DNA of 64,000 nt from Rhodoferax sp. (GCA_020048895.1 JAIFLV010000088.1:20182-84181); one strand, 5' to 3'. Positions 9,692 to 19,399 are shown, counted from the first letter of the stretch. Notes: a model not told the origin generated them from the letters alone. Numbers and translations: made by a program.

Positions 9692-11770
9692 CTATTTCCC
9701 AAGTGCGGGCAAGACAGGTGCCTCATTCACCGGCAACATCACATTGGACGCCGGTTGGGCTTTTTGTTGCACGCCACGCATCATCTCGTAGCGGTCGTTC
9801 GAGTACGACTCCGCCGCAGCGGCGTCGCGCACCACCACCGGGCGCAAAAACACCATCAGGTTGGTTTTCTTGCGCGTGCGTGAATCGGCCTTGAACAGGT
9901 AGCCCAGCAGTGGCAGATCCCCCAAGCCCGGTACCTTCTCCTGGTTGCCGGAGTACTCGTCAGACAGCAGGCCGCCCAGCACCACGACCGAACCGTCATT
10001 GACCAGCACATTCGATTCGATTGAGCGCTTGTTGGTGATCAGCCCCGAAGCCGAGTTAATGGAGGACGCCTGCACGCTGGAGACTTCCTGGAAGATGGTC
10101 AGCTTGACGGTGCCGTTCTCGCTGATCTGGGGCTTCACGCGCAGCGTCAGGCCCACGTCCTTGCGCTCAATCGTCTGGAACGGATTGACGGTGTTGGCCG
10201 TGCCCGTGGCGGCATTGGTGTACTGGCCGGTGACAAAGGGCACGTTCTGGCCGATGACGATCTTCGCCTCTTCGTTGTCGAGCGTCAGCAAATTGGGCGT
10301 GGACAGGATGTTGCCGTCGCCATTGGTTTGCAGAAAGCGCGCCAATGCACCCAGTACATACACCCCGTTGGTCTGGTGCGCCACACCAAAATTGAGTCCG
10401 GTGCCCGGCAGTACCGCGCCGGTGGCGGCGCCCAGCGCCAGACTGAGGATGTTGGCACCCGCCGTGGCCGCCGTGAAGTTGGTGCCGAGCAGACCAATGT
10501 TGGTATCCCCGGAATTGCCCATGGTGCCTTGCCACTGGATGCCAAACTGGGCCGCCTTGTCCGCATTCACTTCGGCAATCAGGCTTTCCACATACACCTG
10601 GGCGCGGCGCGTGTCGAGCTTGTCGATGACGGCGCGCAGCTGCCGGTATTGGGGCTCCGGCGCGCTGATGATGAGCGAATTGGTCGCCTGGTCTGCCTGA
10701 ATCTGACCGCCCGTGGAGGGTTGGGCTGCTGCCGCACCCCCGGCGGCTGCGGCCACGCCACCTGCGGCACCACCCACCGCAGCGGCCGCGGTCGGTGTGC
10801 GCACTTCACCCGACAACGCAGCGCGCAGCGTCACTGCCAGCTTGGTGGCATCGGCATTTTTCAGGTAGACCACGTAGATATTGCCGGTGGCGCTCTCGGT
10901 CGAAGGCTGGTCCAACTTGGCAATCAGCGATTTCGCCAGCGCGACCCGGGCCGCATTCGAAGCTCGCAGGATCAAAGCGTTGCTGCGCGGCTCGGCAATC
11001 AACGTGGTTTTAAACGACCCGTCGCCTTGACCCGCCGACAGCGCACCGCCCGATTCCAGCAGACGCAGCACCAGCGGTGCGAGGTCTACCGCAATCGCAT
11101 GCTTGACCGGGATGACATCAATGTCGGTGGCATTCGGCACATCCATCGCCGCGATGATCTGGGCAATGCGACGCAGGTTGTCGCCGTAGTCGGTGATGAC
11201 CAGCGCGTTGTTGCCGGGGTTGACGTTGATAGTGTTGTTCGGACTGATCAGCGGACGCAGAATCGGCAACATGTTGTTGGCGTTGTCAAAGTTGAGCCTG
11301 AAAATCTGCGTGGCGATCTGGTTGCCCGCCACCATCTGATCGGAAAACACGGCGCCGCCTTGCAGCTTGGCATCGGCCTCCGGCACGATCTTGTCCAGCC
11401 CCGCCGCGTCGACCACCGTGTAGCCCTGCAGACGCAGCATGGCCAGAAACTGGCTGTAGGCCACGGCGGGGGCCACCGGTTTTTCGGTGGTGAGTGTGAT
11501 GGTGCCCTTGACGCGAGGGTCCACCACCACATTACGCCCGGTGAGTGTGGCCATGGTGCGCGCTACCGCTTCGATATCGGCGTTGGTGAAGTTCAGGGTG
11601 ATGGGTTCGCCCCGTTTGGCCGACGCCTTGACCATCGGTGGTGGCACCACGGGCGCTGCTTCCTGGGCCCAGGAATTTATAGAAAAAAGGCCGTTTGCGC
11701 CCGCCAATAGTGCGTAAGCAGCTATGGAAAAAATAGCAGTTGAGGGTGTCTGGCGAAATGGTATTTGCAT
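9692..11770 (-). CDS. gspD: Type II secretion secretin GspD
   Basis: ITLNFTNADI N0 domain, QVYVESLIAEV, LSTPNLLTLDNEEA, KVPGLGDLPLLGYLF; start MQIPF (11770) chosen inside the longer ORF. Confidence 0.95.
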   Translation of the reverse strand: MQIPFRQTPSTAIFSIAAYALLAGANGLFSINSWAQEAAPVVPPPMVKASAKRGEPITLNFTNADIEAVARTMATLTGRNVVVDPRVKGTITLTTEKPVAPAVAYSQFLAMLRLQGYTVVDAAGLDKIVPEADAKLQGGAVFSDQMVAGNQIATQIFRLNFDNANNMLPILRPLISPNNTINVNPGNNALVITDYGDNLRRIAQIIAAMDVPNATDIDVIPVKHAIAVDLAPLVLRLLESGGALSAGQGDGSFKTTLIAEPRSNALILRASNAARVALAKSLIAKLDQPSTESATGNIYVVYLKNADATKLAVTLRAALSGEVRTPTAAAAVGGAAGGVAAAAGGAAAAQPSTGGQIQADQATNSLIISAPEPQYRQLRAVIDKLDTRRAQVYVESLIAEVNADKAAQFGIQWQGTMGNSGDTNIGLLGTNFTAATAGANILSLALGAATGAVLPGTGLNFGVAHQTNGVYVLGALARFLQTNGDGNILSTPNLLTLDNEEAKIVIGQNVPFVTGQYTNAATGTANTVNPFQTIERKDVGLTLRVKPQISENGTVKLTIFQEVSSVQASSINSASGLITNKRSIESNVLVNDGSVVVLGGLLSDEYSGNQEKVPGLGDLPLLGYLFKADSRTRKKTNLMVFLRPVVVRDAAAAESYSNDRYEMMRGVQQKAQPASNVMLPVNEAPVLPALGK
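11679..11740 (-). repeat. Twin-hairpin repeat family A copy, coding within the GspD signal region
   Basis: CTGCTATTTTTTCCATAGCTGCTTACGCACTATTGGCGGGCGCAAACGGCC aligns with the intergenic copies at 17761 and 54651. Confidence 0.7.
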
Positions 11771-11787
11771 GGGGTGTGCCTTTGCTT

Positions 11788-12585
11788 TTAGCCCACTTTG
11801 ATGATGGACCGCGCGCCATCGCGCCGCCCAATGATGTTGAGAAGATTGGTCAGCGCGTCGATGCGGTCGGCCGCTGCGCGGGCCTCGCCCTCGAAACGCA
11901 GGCTTTGGCCGAGCCACTGCCCTTGTCCTGAGAGTTGCAGGCTGCCTTCCAGGGTTGCCAGCTGCAGGGTGGTTGTGGTGCCGCCCTGCAGCGTCACGCG
12001 ATAACTGCCCATCGGCTGCAGAGTCGACAGGCGCGAGGAGATGCCGATTGCGTCGAGTTGCACACTGCCGACCAGCGTGGCGCGTCCCTGCGCCCATTCC
12101 AGCACCAAGCTCTTGCTGGACAACTGCAATTGGCCCATCGGTTGCACCGTGTTCCAGGGCGTGCCCAGGCCCGTCAGCAAGCTTGCGGGCCAGTTGGACT
12201 GACCGTCTTGCACGTGCAGGCGGGTGATGCCCCAACCGGCAGGTGCTACCGTCATATCGAGGGGCTGCGGCGTGCAGCAATCGGCCGCTATCTGAATTCC
12301 GAGACTTTGCCAGTGGGGGGCAATCGTCCAGTGCACCAAGCCTGGTAGCTCCACGGCATCCTGGCTGCCAGCGCCGCCTGAAAAAACCAGTTGCGCCGAG
12401 CCCTGCCACAGGGTTCCACGGGCATTGACCAGCGTCACCTGCTGGTTGCTGGCCTGCTGCACGGTGGCCGCCACCCAGCGCGCCGGTGCAAACGCCACTA
12501 AGCCGGTCAGCAGGCCCAGCGCCATGCCGGACCCGGCCCAGCCCCACAGGCCGCTTTCTTGGGTTCGATTACCGCGCATGGCCAT
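11788..12585 (-). CDS. gspN: Type II secretion protein GspN
   Basis: N-terminal TM then FAPARWVA, GTLWQGSAQL, GLGTPWNTVQP; T2SS position. Confidence 0.9.
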   Translation of the reverse strand: MAMRGNRTQESGLWGWAGSGMALGLLTGLVAFAPARWVAATVQQASNQQVTLVNARGTLWQGSAQLVFSGGAGSQDAVELPGLVHWTIAPHWQSLGIQIAADCCTPQPLDMTVAPAGWGITRLHVQDGQSNWPASLLTGLGTPWNTVQPMGQLQLSSKSLVLEWAQGRATLVGSVQLDAIGISSRLSTLQPMGSYRVTLQGGTTTTLQLATLEGSLQLSGQGQWLGQSLRFEGEARAAADRIDALTNLLNIIGRRDGARSIIKVG

Positions 12586-13085
12586 CAGCGCGCGGGCAAG
12601 CCCATGACCAGCACACCGCTCCAGGTGGTTCCGGCAGGGGCCACGGTGCTGGTCAACCGGGCGTCGACGGGCAGCGAGCGTGCGTTGAGGCGGGCTTGCG
12701 ACAGCCAGCGCGCCAGGCTGTCGGCACTCGCGCCCTTCAAGGTGACCTTGGCGCGGTCGGCAGTAACGGAAATCTCTGCGGCGCTGCCCAGAGTCTGCTG
12801 GGTGGCCAGGGTCAGGGCGCGCAGGGCATCGTCAAATCCCAATGCGGGTTGCCCCTGCATTGCCTTGGCCTGCTTTTGCAGTGCCAGCATGTGCTGGAGC
12901 TGGGCGTCCAGGGCGCGGGCCTGGGCATCGGCGGTGCGCAGGGTGACCAGGGCGGGTGCCACAAGAAACTGCCAGAGCATTGCGGTAGTGACCAGCAAGA
13001 CTGCCAGCAGCAGGCCCCGCCGTTCACGGGCCCCCAGCGCGGCCCAGCGCGCCTGCACTGAAAGAGCGGGTAACTTGTCGCTCAT
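12585..13085 (-). CDS. gspM: Type II secretion protein GspM
   Basis: RWAALGARERRGL plus one TM plus coiled coil; stop overlaps the gspN start. Confidence 0.9.
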   Translation of the reverse strand: MSDKLPALSVQARWAALGARERRGLLLAVLLVTTAMLWQFLVAPALVTLRTADAQARALDAQLQHMLALQKQAKAMQGQPALGFDDALRALTLATQQTLGSAAEISVTADRAKVTLKGASADSLARWLSQARLNARSLPVDARLTSTVAPAGTTWSGVLVMGLPAR

Positions 13086-14335
13086 GGACGACGCTCCTGC
13101 TGTTGCACCACCAGGGTGTCGCCCTCCAGGCGGGCCTGGTAGCCCATGCCCGCAAGCTTTGACGCCACCCGGGCAGCACCTTTGGCATTGGGGTCAATAC
13201 CTTTGATCCTGAGCTCACCTGCTGCAAATTCGATAGCTGCTGGCGCAGGCAGGGCGGGCGCCATCGTGTAAAACTGCAACAACATGGTTTCCAGGTCGGC
13301 ACCGGTGGCGGTGCCAGTCTGGCGCTGCAGGTCCGACACGGCGCGGGCCATTTGCAGCGGCGCGTCAACCACGACTTTCACGTCGGGGAAAGTGCCGGTC
13401 AGCACCGCCCGGATGGCCGCACGTTTGTCTGCAAGGGTCGACTGCTCCTTCCAGTTCCAGCCGGCAATACCCAGCAGATTGACCGCCACCAGAGCCGCCG
13501 TGGCCCAGCGCGCTGCACGCCAGCGCGGCGCTTGCATCAGCGTTGCCGCAGCGGTGGAGAAACGCTTGCGTTGGCGCGCACCACGGCTGGCAGCGCAATC
13601 AAATTGCGCCAGATCCCATTCGGACTGGGCGCTGGCCAGATAGCGCTGCGGCGCCGTCTGCAGGCTGACGCGTCCTTCAAAATGCTGTTCAGCCAGTTCC
13701 GCCACCGCGGGTTCGGCCCAGATCTGGCTCGGTGCGCCCTCGGAGCCGGTGGCTGCAACCAATGCCAGCGACTCAGGCCCGTAGGGCAAGACGCAGACTC
13801 CGTGGGCGCCGCTGACCATGATCTGTGCCTGGGCAGTGGTGCCAAGGAAATGCAGTGTCGGGCCCGCGCCAGCGCCGGGGCCAACCGGCGGTGCAACTTC
13901 AGGAGCAATGCGCTGTGCCGGCCGCCCGGCTTGCTCCAGTGTGCCAAGCCAGGCCTGCAGCCAAGCCCGGTCGCAGGCCGCCACCCACACCGGCTCACCT
14001 GAGCGGGCACCGGGGGCCAGGGCAAAGTGCAGTTGCGCCGGTTCGTCCAGCACGCGGTCTTCCAGCAAACCTTCCAGCACGGTGCGCAACCGCGCGCTAT
14101 TGCCCTCCTGGAACATTTTCTTGTCCAGGGTGCCACGCGGCAGTTCCAGCGCATGCCACGACAATTTGCTCCACGGCACCACCGCCACCACCTCGGCTTC
14201 CCCTGTATCGGGCAGCAGGGGCAGTGGGACTTCAATGTGCCGGTTTACCGAAACGCCATCAGACGACAGCACCGCCACCACGGGCGTGGCCGGTGTGGGA
14301 AGAGACGGCGAGAGGGTTACAGTCAGTGTGCGCAT
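13082..14335 (-). CDS. gspL: Type II secretion protein GspL
   Basis: LEDRVLDEPAQLHFAL, VAACDRAWLQAWL, DLAQFD, TM; 4-nt overlap with gspM. Confidence 0.9.
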   Translation of the reverse strand: MRTLTVTLSPSLPTPATPVVAVLSSDGVSVNRHIEVPLPLLPDTGEAEVVAVVPWSKLSWHALELPRGTLDKKMFQEGNSARLRTVLEGLLEDRVLDEPAQLHFALAPGARSGEPVWVAACDRAWLQAWLGTLEQAGRPAQRIAPEVAPPVGPGAGAGPTLHFLGTTAQAQIMVSGAHGVCVLPYGPESLALVAATGSEGAPSQIWAEPAVAELAEQHFEGRVSLQTAPQRYLASAQSEWDLAQFDCAASRGARQRKRFSTAAATLMQAPRWRAARWATAALVAVNLLGIAGWNWKEQSTLADKRAAIRAVLTGTFPDVKVVVDAPLQMARAVSDLQRQTGTATGADLETMLLQFYTMAPALPAPAAIEFAAGELRIKGIDPNAKGAARVASKLAGMGYQARLEGDTLVVQQQERRP

Positions 14336-14356
14336 GCGGGACTTTGTGGCGTCATT

Positions 14357-15313
14357 CTAGGGCTTGCTCGGCGACCATTGCGGGCCTGCATCGCGCCAGA
14401 GGGTCTTGACGTCCATGGCGTCGCGCTGCAACACCGAGTGCTGCTCGATGATGACCTGGTCCTGGCGTAGCCGACCGTGCACTTCAAAGAAGCGTGAGCT
14501 GACGCTGTGCTGCGTATCCACCAGCTGGTTGCCGGGCTCGCCGACCAATTTCGCGGCATCGGCGAGTGTGCGGAAATGGCTCATCTTGCGCGCACTCGCC
14601 AGGCGCTGGGCCAGCGCCATGTCGGCCAGCGGGATGCAGGCATACAGCACCATGGCATCGGCGGTATTAAGGTTCACCGGTGTGGGGGCCGGCAACAGGG
14701 TGATGTAGGGCATAAGTGTCAGCAGGGTTTTATTGGACAAACCCAACCAGCCCAATTGGCTTATCCGCTGGGGTATCAAGGGCGCCAGCGGTGCCGAGCG
14801 GTTGTCGGGGCTGACGTCCTGGGCAAAGCGCAGGTTTTCCGCAAGTGCACTGAGCTCAGCGGCAGGCAGTTGCAGCTTTTCAAACAGTTTTGCAAAGGCC
14901 CGCAGCGCCACGGTGGATACCTGGCCGTTGTCCACCAGGTTGCGCACGTTGAGGCGGCTTTGCAGATCGGTGACCTGGCCCGAAAGAAACGTCTGGGTCA
15001 TGGTGTCGGAGTCGATCGGGCTATTCTTGTCGGTAGCCAGAAACGTCGACAGCCGCGCCTCCTGCAAGGGCACGGCCCAGGGCTCGGCCAGGTGGTCGGC
15101 ACCGCCGGTGCGGCCGTCCTCGCGCAAGATCAGGCGCGCCCAGTCCAGCGCGCCGGTCAGCACCCACTGCGACTGCACCTGCGCGCGCTCGGCCGACTCG
15201 ACCTCCACACTGCGCCATTGTTGCCACAATGAACCGGCGGCCAGACTGGCCACCAGGGCGACGGTCAGCATGGCCATCAGCAGCGCTGCTCCCCGTTGCA
15301 CGGTGCGGGTCAT
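14357..15313 (-). CDS. gspK: Minor pseudopilin GspK
   Basis: QRG|AALLMAML prepilin-like site; DHLAEPWA, DLQSRLNV, PVNLNTA. Confidence 0.92.
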   Translation of the reverse strand: MTRTVQRGAALLMAMLTVALVASLAAGSLWQQWRSVEVESAERAQVQSQWVLTGALDWARLILREDGRTGGADHLAEPWAVPLQEARLSTFLATDKNSPIDSDTMTQTFLSGQVTDLQSRLNVRNLVDNGQVSTVALRAFAKLFEKLQLPAAELSALAENLRFAQDVSPDNRSAPLAPLIPQRISQLGWLGLSNKTLLTLMPYITLLPAPTPVNLNTADAMVLYACIPLADMALAQRLASARKMSHFRTLADAAKLVGEPGNQLVDTQHSVSSRFFEVHGRLRQDQVIIEQHSVLQRDAMDVKTLWRDAGPQWSPSKP

Positions 15314-16011
15314 CACGATTTGCCCCCTGCCAGGGTGGCTCGCATCCAGTCGCGGGTAATGACACCCTGCAAGGGGCTCTCTGCGGGCAGTGTCAACACC
15401 AACCGGATGCCGTCGGGCAAGGTCAACGCTGGTTGCGCCACCGGTCCACCTCTGGGAATCGCGATGCCGCCATCGCTTGACAGCGGGTTGCTCCAGGCAT
15501 CGCCGCGAAAATAGAACACCGACCATTGCTCCAGGGCCGCCACGCGCACTTCGAGCTTGCGCTCTTCATCGCCCGGGTTTTGCGCCCACTGGGCGGCGCG
15601 CAGCCATGCACTTTGCAGTTCGCCGCGTGTCAGCAGGGGGGGGGACTGCCAGCGCAGCCATTGCCCGGCGCCGTCGATGTTGCGGCGCGTCCAGGCCACC
15701 ACCAATACGCCGGTTTCGGGCGCCACCACATTGCGCCGGGTGATGCGCAAGGCGCGACCATCCCAGTCCAGCGCTGGCACCCCCGGCAGTTCGATCAGCG
15801 CATTGAGATCGGCACCCCATTGGGACAACCCGGCTTGCAACGCCATGCCAGCATCGGCGCGGGTGGCCACCTGCTCCTGGGTGCGCAACATGCCATCAAG
15901 CCCGCGCCAGCTCAAGCCCGCCATCACCGCCATGATCCCCAGCGCGACCAGCAGCTCGATCAGCGTGAATCCAAGAGATCTCCTTTGAGCGATGTTTCGC
16001 CGCTGGGCCAT
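15313..16011 (-). CDS. gspJ: Minor pseudopilin GspJ
   Basis: G|FTLIELLVAL N-methylation motif; YFRGDAWSNP. Confidence 0.88.
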   Translation of the reverse strand: MAQRRNIAQRRSLGFTLIELLVALGIMAVMAGLSWRGLDGMLRTQEQVATRADAGMALQAGLSQWGADLNALIELPGVPALDWDGRALRITRRNVVAPETGVLVVAWTRRNIDGAGQWLRWQSPPLLTRGELQSAWLRAAQWAQNPGDEERKLEVRVAALEQWSVFYFRGDAWSNPLSSDGGIAIPRGGPVAQPALTLPDGIRLVLTLPAESPLQGVITRDWMRATLAGGKS

Positions 16012-16012
16012 A

Positions 16013-16375
16013 TCAGTATCTGCCCACCACGGTTGCAAGGGTCAAGAGCGACGCATCACCATCCGTTACCTGGGCTTCGACGCGCAGGAAATTGGGGTTG
16101 GGCGTGGGGGATACGCCCAATCGAAGCTGAAAACTGCGCCCTGCCTGCTCGCAGGGCCTGGTGTTCTCGCCGACCGCGGGCATCTGCTTGGCCAGACGTA
16201 CCGCAATCAATGCATTCTCGGCGCACAGGTGGGCCAGCATCTGGTCGGTCTGGCGATCGGCGTTGCGAGTAAGCGCCGCCGTGGCCCGCACCCCTGCTGC
16301 CAATGACAGGGCCACAATGCCCAGTGCCACCAGCACCTCGATGAGCGTGAAACCGCGCGCACCCAACAACTTCAC
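16013..16375 (-). CDS. gspI: Minor pseudopilin GspI
   Basis: RG|FTLIEVLVAL; TPNPNFLRVE. Confidence 0.9.
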   Translation of the reverse strand: MKLLGARGFTLIEVLVALGIVALSLAAGVRATAALTRNADRQTDQMLAHLCAENALIAVRLAKQMPAVGENTRPCEQAGRSFQLRLGVSPTPNPNFLRVEAQVTDGDASLLTLATVVGRY

Positions 16376-16833
16376 GGTGCCCCTTGCACGGAATTGGCGT
16401 CGGCCCGCACGGTGAAGGGGTGCACACCGTCGGTGGCCAGCACCAGGCTGCGGGTCGGATCGGACACCGAAACGAGGGCAATTTGCTGCGGTCCAATAAT
16501 GGGCTCAGGCCCCAGCACCACATCAGCGGTTCGTTCGGCCCGTACATCGGCGCTCAACCAAGCACTGGGCAATGTGGAACCCGGCAGGCCCTCGAACAGG
16601 AACCCGGTTTCCGTCGCATGCCAACGCACCGGGCTGCCACTCATGCGCGACTGCGCCCGGGCTGACTCCAGCAGCGCACCCAGCCGCTGCGCATCACGTT
16701 CCAGCGCCGTGGCAGCACCATCGCGCAGCGCAAAAACAACCCCCGCAGTCGCCACCGCCATGATCGCCAGCACCACCAGCAGCTCGATCAGCGTGAAGCC
16801 TTTTAAATCATTCCCAACTGCCAACATCCGCAT
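16372..16833 (-). CDS. gspH: Minor pseudopilin GspH
   Basis: KG|FTLIELLVVL, DAQRLGALLESARAQS; 5' end overlaps the gspG 3' end. Confidence 0.88.
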   Translation of the reverse strand: MRMLAVGNDLKGFTLIELLVVLAIMAVATAGVVFALRDGAATALERDAQRLGALLESARAQSRMSGSPVRWHATETGFLFEGLPGSTLPSAWLSADVRAERTADVVLGPEPIIGPQQIALVSVSDPTRSLVLATDGVHPFTVRADANSVQGAP

Positions 16834-17269
16834 TTTTGCCCTCACCGCCGGGTTGGCCGTCTGCACCGAATGACAGCACATCCACTTCAGCCTTCACGCC
16901 CGGGTTCATGTACTGGTAGGGGCGTCCCCAGGGGTCGTTGGGGAGTTTGTCCAGGTACGACTTCCAGTTGCCGGGGATCGGCCCGGTGGTGGGCCTGGCG
17001 CGCAGCGCCTGCAGGCCCTGCTCGCTGGTGGGGTAGCGCTGGTTGTCGAGTTTGTAGAGCTTGAGCGCCTGCATCAGGTTATTCACGTCGGTGCGCGCAG
17101 CGGTCACCCGGGCATCGTCCGCGCGGTCCAGCACGTTGGGCACGATCAGCGCTGCCAGCACACCGATGATGACCAGCACCACCATCAGCTCGATCAGGGT
17201 AAAGCCCGCGGATACAGTCCGTTTAAGGCGCAGAAGTGAAGACTTGGGTGGGCAGCGTAAAGTTTTCAT
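16808..17269 (-). CDS. gspG: Major pseudopilin GspG
   Basis: AG|FTLIELMVVLVIIGVLAALIVP, YKLDNQRYP, LPNDPWGRPYQY. Confidence 0.97.
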   Translation of the reverse strand: MKTLRCPPKSSLLRLKRTVSAGFTLIELMVVLVIIGVLAALIVPNVLDRADDARVTAARTDVNNLMQALKLYKLDNQRYPTSEQGLQALRARPTTGPIPGNWKSYLDKLPNDPWGRPYQYMNPGVKAEVDVLSFGADGQPGGEGKNADVGSWE

Positions 17270-17293
17270 GGTGGAGTCAATCATAATCTGGCC

Positions 17294-17746
17294 ATGCAAA
17301 GCAATGTGAACAGCCTGTGGTGGCCAAGGGGCCTGACCTTCGTGGTGTCAGCGTTGACGGCCCTGAGCGCCACTTTCTGGGTGCTCAAGGGTACCGGTTC
17401 AGCGGCACCTTCAAATGCTGCTCCTGCCGCTCTGGCCGGCGCGCCGGTGCCGTCGATCGATCCGCAATTGGTGGCGTTGGCATTGGGCGGTGGAAAGCAG
17501 CCGACCGTAGCCGATGCGCCACCGGCTTCCAGCCGTTTTGTGTTGACCGGGGTGGTGGCGGATCCGTCCAAGGGTGGAGCGGCACTGATCGCCGTCGACG
17601 GTCAACCCCCCAAAGCCGTGCGGGTCGGCGCTACGGTGGACGGGTCGCTGGTGTTGAAGTCGGTGAGCGGACGCCGCGCGGAGCTGGCGCCCGACATGCA
17701 GTCGGCACCCACCGTCTCATTGGAGCTGCCACCGCTGGCCAAGTGA
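17294..17746 (+). CDS. gspC: GspC-like type II secretion protein (short, no PDZ)
   Basis: N-terminal TM, Pro/Ala linker, RFVLTGVVA...GAALIAVDGQPPKAVRVG; divergent from gspG. Confidence 0.75.
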   Translation: MQSNVNSLWWPRGLTFVVSALTALSATFWVLKGTGSAAPSNAAPAALAGAPVPSIDPQLVALALGGGKQPTVADAPPASSRFVLTGVVADPSKGGAALIAVDGQPPKAVRVGATVDGSLVLKSVSGRRAELAPDMQSAPTVSLELPPLAK

Positions 17747-17760
17747 GCATCAGCGTTTCA

Positions 17761-17823
17761 AATGCTATTGAATCAGGAGCTGCTTGCGCTTATCCAGTAA
17801 GCGCTGCAGCCCGATTTGGCATT
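17761..17823 (+). repeat. Twin-hairpin repeat family A copy between convergent gspC and ilvA
   Basis: AAATGCTATTGAATCAGGAGC (17760-17780) is identical to 54650-54670; hairpin GCGCTTA..TAAGCGC. Confidence 0.85.
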
Positions 17824-19391
17824 TACTTTTGCAGGAACATCCGGTACACCGGATTGTCGGTTTCGTCGACACAGGGGTAGTCCAGCGTTTGCAGGAACCT
17901 GGCAAACGCCTTGTCGTCGGCCTTGGGTACCTGCAAACCCACCAGAATGCGCCCGTAGTCGGCACCCTGGTTGCGGTAATGGAACAGGCTGATATTCCAG
18001 CCCGGGCGCATCAAGCTTAGAAACTTCAACAAGGCACCCGGTCGCTCCGGGAAGACGAAGCGCAGCAGGCGTTCGTCCTGCGCCAGTGTCGAGTGCCCGC
18101 CCACCATGTGGCGGATGTGCTCCTTGGCCAGTTCGTCATGGGTGAGGTCCAGCGTCTTGAAGCCGTGTTTGGCAAAGTTGGTGGCTATCTTGGGCGATTC
18201 GCCTTTGCCGTGGGTGGTGAGGCCCACAAAAACATGGGCCTGGGTTGAATCGCTGATGCGGTAATTGAACTCGGTCACATTGCGCGGCCCGCCCGGCAGG
18301 GTGCCGATCAATTCGCAAAAGCGTTTGAAGCTGCCGCGTTCCTCGGGGATGGTCACCGCAAACAGGGCTTCCCGTTCCTCACCCACCTCGGCCCGCTCGG
18401 CGACAAAGCGCAGGCGGTCGAAGTTCATGTTGGCACCGCACAGGATGGCCGCGTAGGTTTCACCCTTGGTTTTGTGCAGCGCCGCGTACTGTTTGATCGC
18501 CGCCACGGCCAGCGCGCCGGCAGGCTCCACGATGGAGCGGGTGTCGACGAAGATGTCCTTGATGGCGGCGCACACCGCGTCGGTGTCTACGGTCATGAAC
18601 TCGTCGACCAGGCCGCGTGCCACCCGAAAGGTTTCTTCGCCCACCAGCTTTACGGCCGTGCCATCGGAAAACAGGCCTACATCGGGCAGGGTGACGCGCT
18701 TTTTGGCGCTCACCGACTGCATCATGGCGTTGGAGTCGTTCATCTGCACGCCGATGACCTTGATGCGCGGGTCCACTGCCTTTATGTAGTTGGCAACACC
18801 CGCAATGAGTCCACCACCGCCAATGGCGACAAATACCGCGTCCAGCGGTGCCCCCCCCAGCGTCTGCATCTGGCGCAGGATCTCCACGGCAATGGTGCCC
18901 TGGCCCGCAATCACGTTGGGGTCGTCAAAGGGGTGAACGAAGGTCAGGCCCTGCTTTTTCTGCAATACCAGCGCGTGGGTATAGGCGTCGGAGTAGCTGT
19001 CGCCAAACAGCACCACCTCGCCGCCAAACCCGCGCACGGCGTCAATCTTGACCTGCGGTGTGGTGGTGGGCATCACGATGACCGCCCGGGTGCCGAGCTT
19101 GCGTGCGCTCAGGGCCACGCCCTGCGCATGGTTGCCCGCGGAGGCACAGATGACTCCCTTTTTCAACTGCTCAGGCGTCAGATGCGCCATCATGTTGTAG
19201 GCGCCGCGCAGCTTGAAGCTGCGCACCGGTTGCTGGTCCTCGCGCTTGAGCAATACCGTGTTGTGCAGCCGCTTGCTCAGATTGCGTGCCGTTTCCAGCG
19301 GCGACTCGCTGGCCACGTCGTAGACGCGGGCGGTCAGGATTTTTTTCAGGTAGTCGGCAGGGGACAGCGGTTTAGTTTTTTTGGTGGTCAT
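17823..19391 (-). CDS. ilvA: Threonine ammonia-lyase, biosynthetic
   Basis: LKREDQQPVRSFKLRGAY, SAGNHAQGVA, two ACT-like regulatory domains (SLFHYRNQGAD). Confidence 0.97.
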   Translation of the reverse strand: MTTKKTKPLSPADYLKKILTARVYDVASESPLETARNLSKRLHNTVLLKREDQQPVRSFKLRGAYNMMAHLTPEQLKKGVICASAGNHAQGVALSARKLGTRAVIVMPTTTPQVKIDAVRGFGGEVVLFGDSYSDAYTHALVLQKKQGLTFVHPFDDPNVIAGQGTIAVEILRQMQTLGGAPLDAVFVAIGGGGLIAGVANYIKAVDPRIKVIGVQMNDSNAMMQSVSAKKRVTLPDVGLFSDGTAVKLVGEETFRVARGLVDEFMTVDTDAVCAAIKDIFVDTRSIVEPAGALAVAAIKQYAALHKTKGETYAAILCGANMNFDRLRFVAERAEVGEEREALFAVTIPEERGSFKRFCELIGTLPGGPRNVTEFNYRISDSTQAHVFVGLTTHGKGESPKIATNFAKHGFKTLDLTHDELAKEHIRHMVGGHSTLAQDERLLRFVFPERPGALLKFLSLMRPGWNISLFHYRNQGADYGRILVGLQVPKADDKAFARFLQTLDYPCVDETDNPVYRMFLQK

Positions 19392-19399
19392 GGAGGAGG

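Noticed and set aside
8277-11710. Long plus-strand ORFs (397 aa, 460 aa) over gspE and gspD
   Set aside because: Antisense shadows expected from GC-rich codon bias; no recognisable motifs.
9692-12547. 951-aa ORF as one protein
   Set aside because: The N-terminal part overlaps gspN in another frame; the secretin begins at MQIPF (11770).
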